From: Candidatus Micrarchaeia archaeon | GTDB lineage: Archaea > Micrarchaeota > Micrarchaeia > Norongarragalinales > Norongarragalinaceae | Assembly (NCBI GenBank): GCA_041648335.1 | Contig: JBAZPG010000002.1 | Coordinates: forward strand, 30,528 to 94,527 | DNA length: 64,000 nt | Direction: 5' to 3' | Part shown: piece after piece, positions 1-8,397 of the stretch | How positions within the stretch are numbered: the first letter of the stretch is position 1 | Layout: every line of letters starts with the position of its first letter | Position numbers and translations under genes: made by a program | Notes under the pieces: model-generated | Told to the model about the DNA's origin: nothing | The model's database searches: none | Seen by the model: the letters and a program-made list of their open reading frames with translations, nothing else

Positions 1-455
1 TGAGGAAGACCGCGCTGCAGTCCGTTTTCGTTGCCACGCTCGTGTTCGTGGCGTTCGCGGTGTTCGGGGACTCCGTGCTCAGCGTCTTGGGCGTTAACCT
101 CGAGAGCTTCCGCGCAGCCGGCGGAATCATATTGATACTCATGGGAATCCAGCTTTCGCTGGGCATCTCGTTCCCGAAGGAGAAGGAGGAGCCCGAGGAC
201 ATTGCGGTGGTCATCGGTACCCCGCTGATAAGCGGGCCCGCCACGATTACGACTACGATTATACTCGTGAAGGACTTCGGGTTGCACACCACCCTGCTCG
301 CGGGCGGCGCGTCCCTGCTCGTGGTGCTCGCGTCGCTGTTGCTCGCCGGGAACATCCGGAAGCTGATCGGGCGCGCGGGCTTGCGGGTGCTCTCCACCAT
401 GATGGGCATCGTGACGATGGCGTGGGGAATGCAGTTCCTGCTCGCGTCGTTCTAG
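1..455 (+). CDS. MarC-family (UPF0056) integral membrane protein, C-terminal part (5' end outside window)
   Basis: ORF runs to the window edge; multi-pass hydrophobic protein with a GIxLSLG..PLISGPATIT motif typical of the MarC family. Confidence 0.55.
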   Translation, partial: RKTALQSVFVATLVFVAFAVFGDSVLSVLGVNLESFRAAGGIILILMGIQLSLGISFPKEKEEPEDIAVVIGTPLISGPATITTTIILVKDFGLHTTLLAGGASLLVVLASLLLAGNIRKLIGRAGLRVLSTMMGIVTMAWGMQFLLASF

Positions 456-479
456 AGCGTTGCTAAAAAAAAGGTTGAG

Positions 480-550
480 CGCCTTAGTCGGGAGTTGAAC
501 CCGAGCCGCGGCCTCGACAGGGCCGAATGCTACCGTTACACTACCAAGGC
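480..550 (-). tRNA. tRNA-Asp (anticodon GTC)
   Basis: Reverse complement folds as a cloverleaf: acceptor GCCTTGG/CTAAGGC, anticodon stem GGCC/GGCC with loop CTGTCGA, T-arm TCGGG-TTCAACT-CCCGA; AT-rich TATA-like tract (ttatatatttt, 586-596) upstream. Confidence 0.7.
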
Positions 551-790
551 TTGTTGGGACGCGTAATGTTTACGCTGCCGCGCGGTTATATATTTTGGGG
601 GGGCGCGTTGAGTCCCGCAGGCCAGATTTGAACTGGCAACCCTCTGATTTCGGCTAAGCAACTGTTTCTTTTTTCCGCGAACGGAAAAAACGCCTGACTA
701 CAGTCAGATGCTCTGCCAAGTTGAGCTACTGCGGGGCGTCTGCGCATACCCCCCAAACACTTATAATGCCTCAAAGTTTTATTAAGCGTT

Positions 791-2347
791 ATGCAAGCCC
801 GCCCAAGCCTTTGTTTGACTATAATTCTGTTCGCCTGCCTGGCGTTCGCGAACACCGCGATGGAAGAAGGACGCCTGTACGCGGACGGCTTGGAGGAAGT
901 TTCCCTCGCCAGCGTGTCGGTTGGCGGGAACGACTACCACATCCTACTCTTCGACAACGTGGAGAGCGTTGTCCTGGACGCCGACTCGCTCGAGGCGGTC
1001 ACGGATTCCGCGAAAATCGAGGCTGTCGCCGTAGAATACCAGAAGGCGCAACTGCCGTTGCTGGACCCGGATTCCAAGTATGCGGCGGTCAACGCGTCGT
1101 TCGCGCCCGTGGACTCGGTTGCCGGCGACTGCGTTGAAGGTTTGCAGTTCTTCTTCTCGCGCCCGGGAAGCCAGCTCATAGTTTACACGCGGGGCGCACC
1201 GAATCAGTACCCGCGTTCGCACGACGTGCTCGAGGAGCCGGACAGCGAGTTCATCAACGTTTCATCGTTCAACGACACCTCCCAGCTGGGCGACGCGCAC
1301 TCGGACTTGTGGGACGCGTTCAATGCGATGCAGTCCTCGGTCGCGACCCTCGAGGCGGCGCGCGATTCGGACAGCATAGACGACGCGGTCACCGCGCTCC
1401 ACACCATCGTGGAGAACACGGATGCGCTCCTTTTGGCGTACAACGCCTCGTGGTTTTACATCAACGAGATTGAGGCGGAGTGGAACCAGAACTTCATGTA
1501 TATGTGGATTAACGGCCAGGAGAGGAACTGCGAAGCGTATACCGAGCTGGCGTCGGGCATTTCCGCGCTCGAGTCCGCGGCTAGCGCACCCGAGTTCGAG
1601 ACCACGGATGAATTGATTTCACGGATAATCAGCGAGACCGCCGAACGCGCCCCGATGGCAGCCCAACTCAAGGTGGTGGACGAGAAGCGCGACGCGTTGT
1701 CCGAGTTCAGCGTTCAAGCCAACGCGATAATCAGCGGGTTCGCGGCTTACAACGCGGGTTCCGCGTTCTTCGCCGGGGAATACGCGGCGTTGAACGCGTC
1801 GTTTGACGCCATGGCCGCGGAAGGCGCCGAGGACTCCCTTGAAGCGAACGCAGCCGCGTTCGACGCGAAATTCGCGGAGGTTAAGGCGCTCGCGGACTCG
1901 TATTCGCTCGCCTTGCAGGAGTATTCCGGGGCTAGGGACGTGCTCGCGAACGCTTCCACGCACCTCGCTGCCGCAGCCGAGAAGTACGGCGGCACGGACG
2001 AGCGCATCGTTTCCCTCCAGGCGACCGTCCAGCAGTTGAACTCGCGGCTCACCGTCGAGGAGCAGTTGCTCTCGAGCGGTGCCTACAACGGTTCGACCGC
2101 CGAGTTGGATTTGATTTACGTGAACGCAACGAGCGTGAACGCGGCGGCGTTCGGGATGCAGCCCCGCGAGAACGAACTGGATTGGGTAATGATAGGCGGG
2201 ATAATCGTGCTCTTGCTCACCCTCGTGGGCGGTTTCATTTACCTCAAGAAGTACAAGGACGAAGGCGGGTTCGGCGGAGGCCCGAGCGGACCCAAGTTCC
2301 ACGAGGAAGGCACTTCAAGTTCGCCCGGCACCATAGTCGAACGCTGA
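791..2347 (+). CDS. Ala-rich cell-surface protein with N-terminal signal peptide and C-terminal transmembrane anchor
   Basis: N-terminal hydrophobic signal (LCLTIILFACLAFA); C-terminal TM helix (IGGIIVLLLTLVGGFIY) followed by short Gly-rich tail; long helical Ala/Glu-rich body. Confidence 0.6.
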   Translation: MQARPSLCLTIILFACLAFANTAMEEGRLYADGLEEVSLASVSVGGNDYHILLFDNVESVVLDADSLEAVTDSAKIEAVAVEYQKAQLPLLDPDSKYAAVNASFAPVDSVAGDCVEGLQFFFSRPGSQLIVYTRGAPNQYPRSHDVLEEPDSEFINVSSFNDTSQLGDAHSDLWDAFNAMQSSVATLEAARDSDSIDDAVTALHTIVENTDALLLAYNASWFYINEIEAEWNQNFMYMWINGQERNCEAYTELASGISALESAASAPEFETTDELISRIISETAERAPMAAQLKVVDEKRDALSEFSVQANAIISGFAAYNAGSAFFAGEYAALNASFDAMAAEGAEDSLEANAAAFDAKFAEVKALADSYSLALQEYSGARDVLANASTHLAAAAEKYGGTDERIVSLQATVQQLNSRLTVEEQLLSSGAYNGSTAELDLIYVNATSVNAAAFGMQPRENELDWVMIGGIIVLLLTLVGGFIYLKKYKDEGGFGGGPSGPKFHEEGTSSSPGTIVER

Positions 2348-2475
2348 ACCGTGTTTCAGAACGAACCTTTTTCAAAAAAAGGTTCATCAAAAACCTGCTT
2401 ATGGGGGAACCGTGATTCAGAACGAACCTTTTCTTTACGAAAGAAAAGGTTCATCAAAAGAAAACTGGACGGCTT
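2347..2475. repeat. Two tandem partial copies of the tRNA-Pro 3' end, each followed by a perfect hairpin (gaacctttttcaaaaaaaggttc; gaaccttttctttacgaaagaaaaggttc)
   Basis: The motif (t)atgggggaaccgtgattcagaacgaacc at about 2348 and 2401 mirrors the 3' acceptor/T-arm of the adjacent tRNA-Pro (2476-2500); hairpins carry T/A runs. Confidence 0.55.
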
Positions 2476-2548
2476 ATGGGGGAACCGTGATTCGAACACG
2501 GGTCTCCAGCTCCCAAAGCTGGCAGGATGCCAAGCTACCCCATTCCCC
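2476..2548 (-). tRNA. tRNA-Pro (anticodon TGG)
   Basis: Reverse complement: acceptor GGGGGAA/TTCCCCC, D-arm, anticodon stem CCAGC/GCTGG with loop TTTGGGA, T-arm CCGTG-TTCGAAT-CACGG, discriminator A. Confidence 0.75.
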
Positions 2549-2579
2549 CTCTTACTTATTTTTACACCCACACGCGGTT

Positions 2580-2855
2580 TTAAGCAATGGGGAAACCCGC
2601 GAGCGAGGCGAGTATCAGCAAACCGACGCCCGCCAAGCCCAGGAGCCCGCACAACGCGACGGTTAAAAAGTTCACGGCCACGTTCACGCCGTAAGCAGCA
2701 CCCAGGTAGTTCACCGCGAACAACGCGATTACGCCGAGTGCAGCGTTCACTATGAACTTCTTCAACAGGAACACGATGACGAGCCCGGCGATTATCAACA
2801 CGACCGCGGCGATTGCGAACGGAATCAAGCTCAAGGCGAACCACTCGAAAATCAT
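2580..2855 (-). CDS. Small hydrophobic membrane protein (3 predicted TM helices), unknown function
   Basis: 91-aa ORF, almost entirely hydrophobic; lies immediately downstream of rad50 on the same strand. Confidence 0.45.
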   Translation of the reverse strand: MIFEWFALSLIPFAIAAVVLIIAGLVIVFLLKKFIVNAALGVIALFAVNYLGAAYGVNVAVNFLTVALCGLLGLAGVGLLILASLAGFPIA

Positions 2856-2886
2856 TCTTCCACCCTTTTCACTTGGTGCGTCCGGC

Positions 2887-4884
2887 TTATTTCTTCGTTA
2901 CGGTGGACGCCCCGCCCTTCTTCGAGACGAGCTGCACGTTGTCTGCGAACGCCTCGAGTTCGGGTTCGTGCGACACTAGTATCACCTGCCCCTCCTTCAG
3001 TTCGTCGAAGACTAGACGCATCCTCTCCAACTGCTCGCGGCTGAACCCATCCGTTGGCTCGTCCAAGATGAGCAGGTTCTCCTTCATAGCCGCGCACTCG
3101 CGCTTCACCAGCTCGTTCAACGCCAGGCGGTACGCCAATGCAACTGCGGTCTTCTCTCCGCCGCTCAACGCGTTCACATCCTGTTCATAACCATTCTGGG
3201 TGACGGTGGGCGCGAACGACTCGTCCAGCGATGCCTCCAAGTCCCCGCCCTCCAGCAGGGCTGCGGTCCACTTCGAGAAAAGCGAGTTGAACTCGCGGTT
3301 CAGGTAACGGAGCACGTGCTCTTCAATCGAATCAAGCGCAGGCGCGAAATACTCCTCGAGCCACGCCTTCTTCCCCGAGAGCGCGGTTGCCTCGGCTTCG
3401 AAGACGCGCGCCTCCTCTTCCCCGCGGCGCGCCTCGGCTAGGCTGCGTTCGTCGCGCTCCAGCGAGGCGTGCGCAGCTGCTGCGGCTTTTTCCGTGTTCC
3501 CGGATTCGAGGCGCAGCGAACGCACTCCCTTTTCCTTTTCCAAGCAGGCGGCCAGCGCGTCCTTCGCTTCCTCCAGGCGCTCCTTCTTCCCCTTGAGTTC
3601 GGCTTCCTCGCTGGCAATGTTTTTTTCCGTAACCGTAATTTTCACGGAGAGCGCTTTCGCGCGTTCCTCTGCGGCAGCGGCTTCGGCTTTCCGCTTCTCG
3701 GCTTCATTCCAAGCCGCCTCGGCTTTGATTGCCGCGTCTTTTTCCCTGCCCAACTCCTCGCAGCGCGCGTGCGCCCCTGCCGCTTGGCAGGCGAGCTTCC
3801 CTTCCTTCTCGTCGTTGTCCTCGATTTTCTTTTTGAAACCCTCGGCTGAGGTTTCCTGTCCGCAAGTCGGGCACGCGCCCTTCTCGACCAGGCGCGCCAA
3901 GTCCTCGCTCCTCGCCTGGAGGCGCGCCTTCTCCGACTCGAGGGTGCGCGCCTTCGCTTCGGCGTCACGCAGTTCCCCTGCGAGCGCAGCCGAGGATTTT
4001 GCGGGTTTCACAGCCGCGGTCATCTCAAATGTTTTTTTCGCGAGGCGTCCGGCTTCCGCGGCGTACTCGGCGAGCGCGGCGCGCGCCAATGCAACCGAGC
4101 GTTCGAGGCGGGGCACCTCGGCTGCGAGCGCGGCTGCCGCTGCCTTGCTTTTCCCGAGCGCTTCGAATTCGGCTTCCGCTGTTTCGAGCGCGGCGCGCTT
4201 GAGTCCGGCTTGCGTTTCGAGTTCAATTGTTTTCGCGCGCTCCTCCTCCACCGCCTCGGCGAGCGAAGCGATGCTCTCGCGCAACGCGGGCAAACCCCGC
4301 AACGCGCCCTCGAGGAAATTGGCGCGCAGGCGCATCGCCTGTAGCGCCGAGCGCGCGTTGTCCTTCGCGTTCTTGTATTCCTCTACCCCGAACGCCTTGC
4401 GGAGCGTCTGCAACCGCTCGTCGGGCTTCTGGGCGAGTATGAGCTTCATTTCCTCCTGGGGGGTGAAAACCGCGTAACGGTAGATCACGCTCGTGCTCTT
4501 CGCGTCCGGCGGCTCGTTGAACCCGAGTATCTTGAGCACCGCGGGCTTGATTTCCGAAGGCGCGAGCGTGCGGCGCACGCCGTCCGACTCGAGCCAGCCC
4601 TCCCCCTGCGTCACCGCCTTCCTGCGCTCGAGGGTGCGTTCGACCGCGTACCTGACGCCGTTCGCTTCGAAGTCCAGGCGCACCCTGCCGTTCTTGGCGC
4701 CGTGCCTCAACAAGTGGCTCGCCTTGATTTCACCGAGTCCGAACAACGCGAATTCCACAGCGTACAAGAGCGTGCTCTTTCCCGAACCGATGTCGCCCTC
4801 GAATAGCGTGACTCCATTCGCGAAGTCCACGACCGCGCTGGAGTAAGAGCGCACGTTCTCGAGTTCGAGGCGCAACAGTTTCAC
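2887..4884 (-). CDS. rad50: DNA double-strand break repair ATPase Rad50 (SbcC family), short coiled-coil variant
   Basis: Walker A GDIGSGKST near the N-terminus, zinc-hook CPTCG in the middle of the coiled coil, ABC signature LSGGEKTAVALAYRLAL, Walker B LLILDEPT, H-loop VILVSHE. Confidence 0.9.
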   Translation of the reverse strand: MKLLRLELENVRSYSSAVVDFANGVTLFEGDIGSGKSTLLYAVEFALFGLGEIKASHLLRHGAKNGRVRLDFEANGVRYAVERTLERRKAVTQGEGWLESDGVRRTLAPSEIKPAVLKILGFNEPPDAKSTSVIYRYAVFTPQEEMKLILAQKPDERLQTLRKAFGVEEYKNAKDNARSALQAMRLRANFLEGALRGLPALRESIASLAEAVEEERAKTIELETQAGLKRAALETAEAEFEALGKSKAAAAALAAEVPRLERSVALARAALAEYAAEAGRLAKKTFEMTAAVKPAKSSAALAGELRDAEAKARTLESEKARLQARSEDLARLVEKGACPTCGQETSAEGFKKKIEDNDEKEGKLACQAAGAHARCEELGREKDAAIKAEAAWNEAEKRKAEAAAAEERAKALSVKITVTEKNIASEEAELKGKKERLEEAKDALAACLEKEKGVRSLRLESGNTEKAAAAAHASLERDERSLAEARRGEEEARVFEAEATALSGKKAWLEEYFAPALDSIEEHVLRYLNREFNSLFSKWTAALLEGGDLEASLDESFAPTVTQNGYEQDVNALSGGEKTAVALAYRLALNELVKRECAAMKENLLILDEPTDGFSREQLERMRLVFDELKEGQVILVSHEPELEAFADNVQLVSKKGGASTVTKK

Positions 4885-6090
4885 TCAAAGCGCCTCCAAT
4901 GCCTTCGCCGCCTTTGCCGTAACACGCGCCTCGAAGTCAGTGCGCGTCTCCCCCTCGGGTTTCGCCTCTTTGAGCGCGTCAAGCAGGGGCAGGGCGGGTG
5001 CCGTGTTCCACTTCCCGCAAGAGAGTTCTTCGAACAGCTTCTCCTCGACTTCCCGCTTGTTCTCCCCTTCGACTTTGAACGCTGCTGATTCGGGCGACGA
5101 CAAGCCCGCGCGGTTCACTTTCACCGCCAGCGCACCAGTGAACGCCGCGGCAATTGAGTTGAACTCGATTTCCCCGGGATTCCCGGACGCGAGCGTCCCG
5201 TGCACCTTGAGCAGGACTATTTTGCCCGCGCACTTGCATGCACGCGCCTTTTCCAACAAGGCTTCGCGCACTTGCGCCGGACTCTTTTCGTTGGCGTCCG
5301 CCTCGACCGCAATTGCCTGCGCCGCGTTAACGGGTTTGAATTCAGTTGTTGTTTTTCCGTTGTTCACGCGCACCAGGTAGAACCCGTGCTCTTTTTTTGA
5401 GAGGTCCTCCAAGTCACGGTAATCCGCGGCGAACAACGGCCCCGGAAACACGATTTTTCCATAGTTTTTCTCGGTTGTTTCGATGCGTTCGTGCACGTGC
5501 CCGCCCGCGTAATAGTCGAAGCCCTTCGGGAACAGCGAGAGCGGCACGCCGTCCACTCCCTTCAGGAAGTCCGGCTTGTGTTCCTCTACCCCCGAGTGGA
5601 AAACGAATATCTTGTAACCAACACCCGCCTCGAGGGAAGCGCGGTCGAGCGCCTCGAAGTGCTCGCGTTCGATGCCGCGCTTTCGGGCATCCAAGCCCGT
5701 GAGGCGCGCCCCGGTTTCCTTGTCCTCGGCGAACGAGAGCTTCAAGCGTTCCCCCTCGTAATCTCCGAGGGACACCTTGGACAGGAGCCCCGCGCTCTCG
5801 AGCACGTCGATTAAGTTTTTCTCGGCGGGAGAATAGTCGTGCGAGCCGTACACCGCGTACACGCGCTTGCCTTGGTCGCGGAGGCGGCGGAGCGCGCGCA
5901 CCGCGCGGTTTGCCACCCCTAAGTCGGGTAACGGGGAGTCGAACAAGTCGCCCGCGATGATTACGAAGTCCGCTTCGCCGCACCCATCCAAGGCGAGCTC
6001 GAAGGCACGGCAGTTCAACTCGCGTAACTCGGGTTCCCGGAAAGCCCCGAGGTGGACGTCGCTGATGTGCGCGAAGCAGAAGTCCTTCAT
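4885..6090 (-). CDS. mre11: DNA double-strand break repair nuclease Mre11 (calcineurin-like phosphoesterase)
   Basis: N-terminal HISDVHLG and GDLFD phosphoesterase motifs; abuts rad50 (stop/start adjacent) in the canonical mre11-rad50 order. Confidence 0.9.
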   Translation of the reverse strand: MKDFCFAHISDVHLGAFREPELRELNCRAFELALDGCGEADFVIIAGDLFDSPLPDLGVANRAVRALRRLRDQGKRVYAVYGSHDYSPAEKNLIDVLESAGLLSKVSLGDYEGERLKLSFAEDKETGARLTGLDARKRGIEREHFEALDRASLEAGVGYKIFVFHSGVEEHKPDFLKGVDGVPLSLFPKGFDYYAGGHVHERIETTEKNYGKIVFPGPLFAADYRDLEDLSKKEHGFYLVRVNNGKTTTEFKPVNAAQAIAVEADANEKSPAQVREALLEKARACKCAGKIVLLKVHGTLASGNPGEIEFNSIAAAFTGALAVKVNRAGLSSPESAAFKVEGENKREVEEKLFEELSCGKWNTAPALPLLDALKEAKPEGETRTDFEARVTAKAAKALEAL

Positions 6091-6115
6091 AGCAGTTTTT
6101 TGGTCGCCAGCGAAT

Positions 6116-6412
6116 TTAAACGAAGCGAGGGGTGACTGCCGGTGTTAATTGCCCTTTATACCATCGCTCGTATTCCTTGTGGTTGCCCACGAAGACGACG
6201 CGCTTTTGTTTGAGGTCCGCACGCGTCTTGAACACGATTCTGTAACCGCCGACTTCCTCCACGAACACGGGCAAGCCGCGCCTCAAGTGCCTGGATTCGG
6301 CGTCCTCGCGCTCCAGCCACGCCAGCTTTTTGGCTATCTTGTCGCGCGCCGTCTTGTCCAACCGCGACAACTGCCTCGCGGCTTCCTCCTCGAGCGCTAC
6401 TTGAAACGCCAA
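6116..6412 (-). CDS. parE: Type II toxin, RelE/ParE family
   Basis: 98-aa protein with YRIVF...RVVFVGNHKEYERWYK C-terminal motif typical of RelE/ParE toxins; 4 nt downstream of an RHH antitoxin gene. Confidence 0.65.
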   Translation of the reverse strand: MAFQVALEEEAARQLSRLDKTARDKIAKKLAWLEREDAESRHLRRGLPVFVEEVGGYRIVFKTRADLKQKRVVFVGNHKEYERWYKGQLTPAVTPRFV

Positions 6413-6416
6413 TGAA

Positions 6417-6689
6417 TCACTTCCGCGCGTTCGCGCGCTTTACCGCCTCGCGCCAGGGCACGAGCTTGCGCTTGCCGGCGTCAATCTCGGCGTCAATCCG
6501 CTCGGTTTTGCGCGCCACGAGTTCAACCTCGATTTCCTTTGGGTCCATCAAGCAATACTCCCTGCCGAGTTCGAGCACGCCCGCGCGAATGGCTTCCGAA
6601 CGGGTTTGAAAATAACCCCGTTCAACGAGCTTATCCAGCACCACGGAAACCGCGCCCTCCAACCTAACCACTGCTTCCAAGCAAACCAC
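6417..6689 (-). CDS. parD: Type II antitoxin, ParD-like ribbon-helix-helix protein (GTG start)
   Basis: LDKLVERGYFQTRSEAIRAGVLEL matches the ParD/RHH consensus (sGrYasrSEvIRaaLR); operon partner of the ParE-like ORF. Confidence 0.65.
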   Translation of the reverse strand: MVCLEAVVRLEGAVSVVLDKLVERGYFQTRSEAIRAGVLELGREYCLMDPKEIEVELVARKTERIDAEIDAGKRKLVPWREAVKRANARK

Positions 6690-6790
6690 CTATAGAACAT
6701 ATACAAAACACCTATTATTATAGGTATTCTGTATTTTGCGGCGGGTTGCCCGGTAGCTGTTCCGCGGCCGGGTTAAAAAACGATTTCCAA
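6690..6790. promoter_or_regulatory. AT-rich divergent intergenic region with near-palindrome acctat-tatt-ataggt (6710-6725) and TATA-like tracts; candidate parDE promoter/operator
   Basis: Palindrome sits about 20-36 nt upstream of the parD start; GC drops sharply relative to flanks. Confidence 0.35.
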
Positions 6791-6887
6791 CCCGTGCCTG
6801 CCGGTGGAGATGCCTCGTTTTTGTTTCGAGTCCGCGCGTTTTGAGTGCCAGCCGAGGTTATAAGGCGGGCTTGCCAGTAATGTTTTT

Positions 6888-7556
6888 ATGCCTAGGCCTA
6901 TGCTTGAGAAGCCGGCGTTTAATCGTCGGGATTTGTCCCGGTTATCCGGAGAAGAGCGCAAAAACTATCTCGCTAACCTGCTTAGGTTGGTGCCAAGCCC
7001 GATCCATTCTAACACTAAACCCATAATCGCCGCGTTTATGAAAAATAGGTCACTTAATACTGCCGCGAAAGTGTTGAATGATACCGGCGTTGTTGTCAAC
7101 AAAATAGCACAAATATTTAGGGCGCACGGCGCTGATCACCGCGGAATTACTAATGGTTTGAATGCTGCGGGTTTTGGTAATGAGGATATTGCTCGTGGTT
7201 TGAAGTCTGCTGGTTTTGATTACGAGGATATTACTAGTGGTTTGAAGTCTGCTGGTTTTGGTCATGAGGATATTGCTCGTGGTTTGATTTCTGCGGGTTT
7301 TGGTGAGGATACTATTGCTAGTGGTTTGAAGTTTGCTGGTTTTGGTAATGAGGATATTGCGGTTGGTTTGTTTGCTGCTGGTTTTAGTCATGTGGGCGTT
7401 GCGAGTGGTTTGAAGGCTGTAGGGTATAATCATGTGGACGTTGCTCGCGGTTTGATTGCTGCTGGTTATGGTCCTAAGGATGTTGCCCGTGGTCTGATTG
7501 ATGCGGGGTTTAGTCCTGAGCGCGTTGTTCTTGGTTTGAAGTTTGCGGGGGTATAA
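6888..7556 (+). CDS. Tandem-repeat protein, N-terminal segment (18-residue GL(K/N)(S/A)AGF..EDIA repeats); terminated by a frameshift in a G5 run
   Basis: Non-repetitive N-terminal 75 aa, then 8 or more repeats of ..EDIARGLKSAGFGH..; stop created at the homopolymer gcggggg (7547-7551). Confidence 0.55.
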   Translation: MPRPMLEKPAFNRRDLSRLSGEERKNYLANLLRLVPSPIHSNTKPIIAAFMKNRSLNTAAKVLNDTGVVVNKIAQIFRAHGADHRGITNGLNAAGFGNEDIARGLKSAGFDYEDITSGLKSAGFGHEDIARGLISAGFGEDTIASGLKFAGFGNEDIAVGLFAAGFSHVGVASGLKAVGYNHVDVARGLIAAGYGPKDVARGLIDAGFSPERVVLGLKFAGV

Positions 7557-7870
7557 CCCTATGGCTGTTGCGATTGGTTTGAATGCTGCTGGTTTTAATC
7601 ATAAGGCTATTACCCGCGGTTTGAATGTTGCTGGTTTTGATCATAAGGCTATTGCCCGTGGTTTGAATGCTGCGGGTTTTGATTATGTGGATATTGTGGC
7701 TGGTTTGAAGTATGCGGGTTTTGGTCACGAGGATATTGCGGTTGGTTTGAAGTCTGCTGGGTATAGTCCGGCGGATGTTGCTCAGTGTTTGAAAGCGGTT
7801 GGTTCTAGGGATTACAACGAACTTGCTCGTGCTTTGAAAGCCGCTGGTTTTGATAACCTAGACATTGCCC
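7130..7870 (+). repeat. About 54-bp coding tandem repeats (ggtttgaa..gctggttttg..gaggatattgc..) underlying the repeat protein
   Basis: Direct repeats visible at nucleotide level; produce low-complexity shadow ORFs on the opposite strand. Confidence 0.6.
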
Positions 7871-7962
7871 GCTTTTTGAAGGCTTCCGGTTTGAGTACTG
7901 CCCGTTACCCCTATAATCCTGGACCTAGTCGGGCGGTTCTTAAAAAAGTTATAAAAAAATAG
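7543..7962 (+). CDS. Tandem-repeat protein, C-terminal segment (same repeat family, +1 frame relative to 6888-7556)
   Basis: Continues the identical repeat (GLNAAGFNHKAITRGLNVAGFDHKAIARGL...) and ends in a non-repetitive tail; removing one G at 7547-7551 fuses both ORFs into one ~357-aa protein. Confidence 0.55.
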   Translation: MRGYNPMAVAIGLNAAGFNHKAITRGLNVAGFDHKAIARGLNAAGFDYVDIVAGLKYAGFGHEDIAVGLKSAGYSPADVAQCLKAVGSRDYNELARALKAAGFDNLDIARFLKASGLSTARYPYNPGPSRAVLKKVIKK

Positions 7963-7980
7963 GTGCCGGCGGGTGTTGGT

Positions 7981-8397
7981 TCAGCGGAGTGATACGTGGT
8001 GGTGGCGGAAGCGCTGCCACACGCTCGGCTCCTTATTCGTGAGCGTCACCGTGCGGTCGTCGTGGATGCGCGCGTGCGCGTGCTTTGCGTGCAAGCCGTG
8101 TGCACGGAATGCCTCGCGCAAGGCGGCGCGTTCGCGTTCGACTATGCTGCGGCTGTAATACATTCCCGCGAGGATTACGAGCGCGAAGAACAGGGGCGCG
8201 TTCGACAGGACGAATTCCGTTAGCGGGTGGATTGCCGTGCGAAGTATTATGGGGTGTGCGGCGAGCGCGCTCAACGCCAGCGCGGTTAAGCCCAGGGCTT
8301 CGGCAGCGTAGTAACGCGCGCGTAACGCCACGAAGCGCGAGACGCGCGCGCGCAACGCCGCGGGTAACTCGGCGTGCGCGTAGTGCCGGTCCTTCAC
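7981..8397 (-). CDS. Hypothetical membrane protein, translationally coupled (ATGA overlap) to the herA stop
   Basis: 138-aa ORF with 2-3 hydrophobic helices; start overlaps herA stop by 4 nt. Confidence 0.45.
   Translation of the reverse strand: MKDRHYAHAELPAALRARVSRFVALRARYYAAEALGLTALALSALAAHPIILRTAIHPLTEFVLSNAPLFFALVILAGMYYSRSIVERERAALREAFRAHGLHAKHAHARIHDDRTVTLTNKEPSVWQRFRHHHVSLR

Noticed and set aside
1619-2302. 227-aa minus-strand ORF inside the surface-protein gene
   Set aside because: Antisense shadow ORF of a high-GC gene; Arg-rich, no motifs.
3494-4477. 327-aa plus-strand ORF opposite rad50
   Set aside because: Ser/Ala-rich low-complexity translation; typical antisense artefact of the coiled-coil coding region.
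5414-5983. 189-aa ORF in another frame of mre11
   Set aside because: Arg/Gly-rich junk translation overlapping a well-supported gene.
7050-7728. Minus-strand ORFs with ILITKTSKLQTTSN repeats
   Set aside because: Mirror-image products of the tandem repeats in the 6888-7962 gene; repetitive Thr/Lys nonsense.
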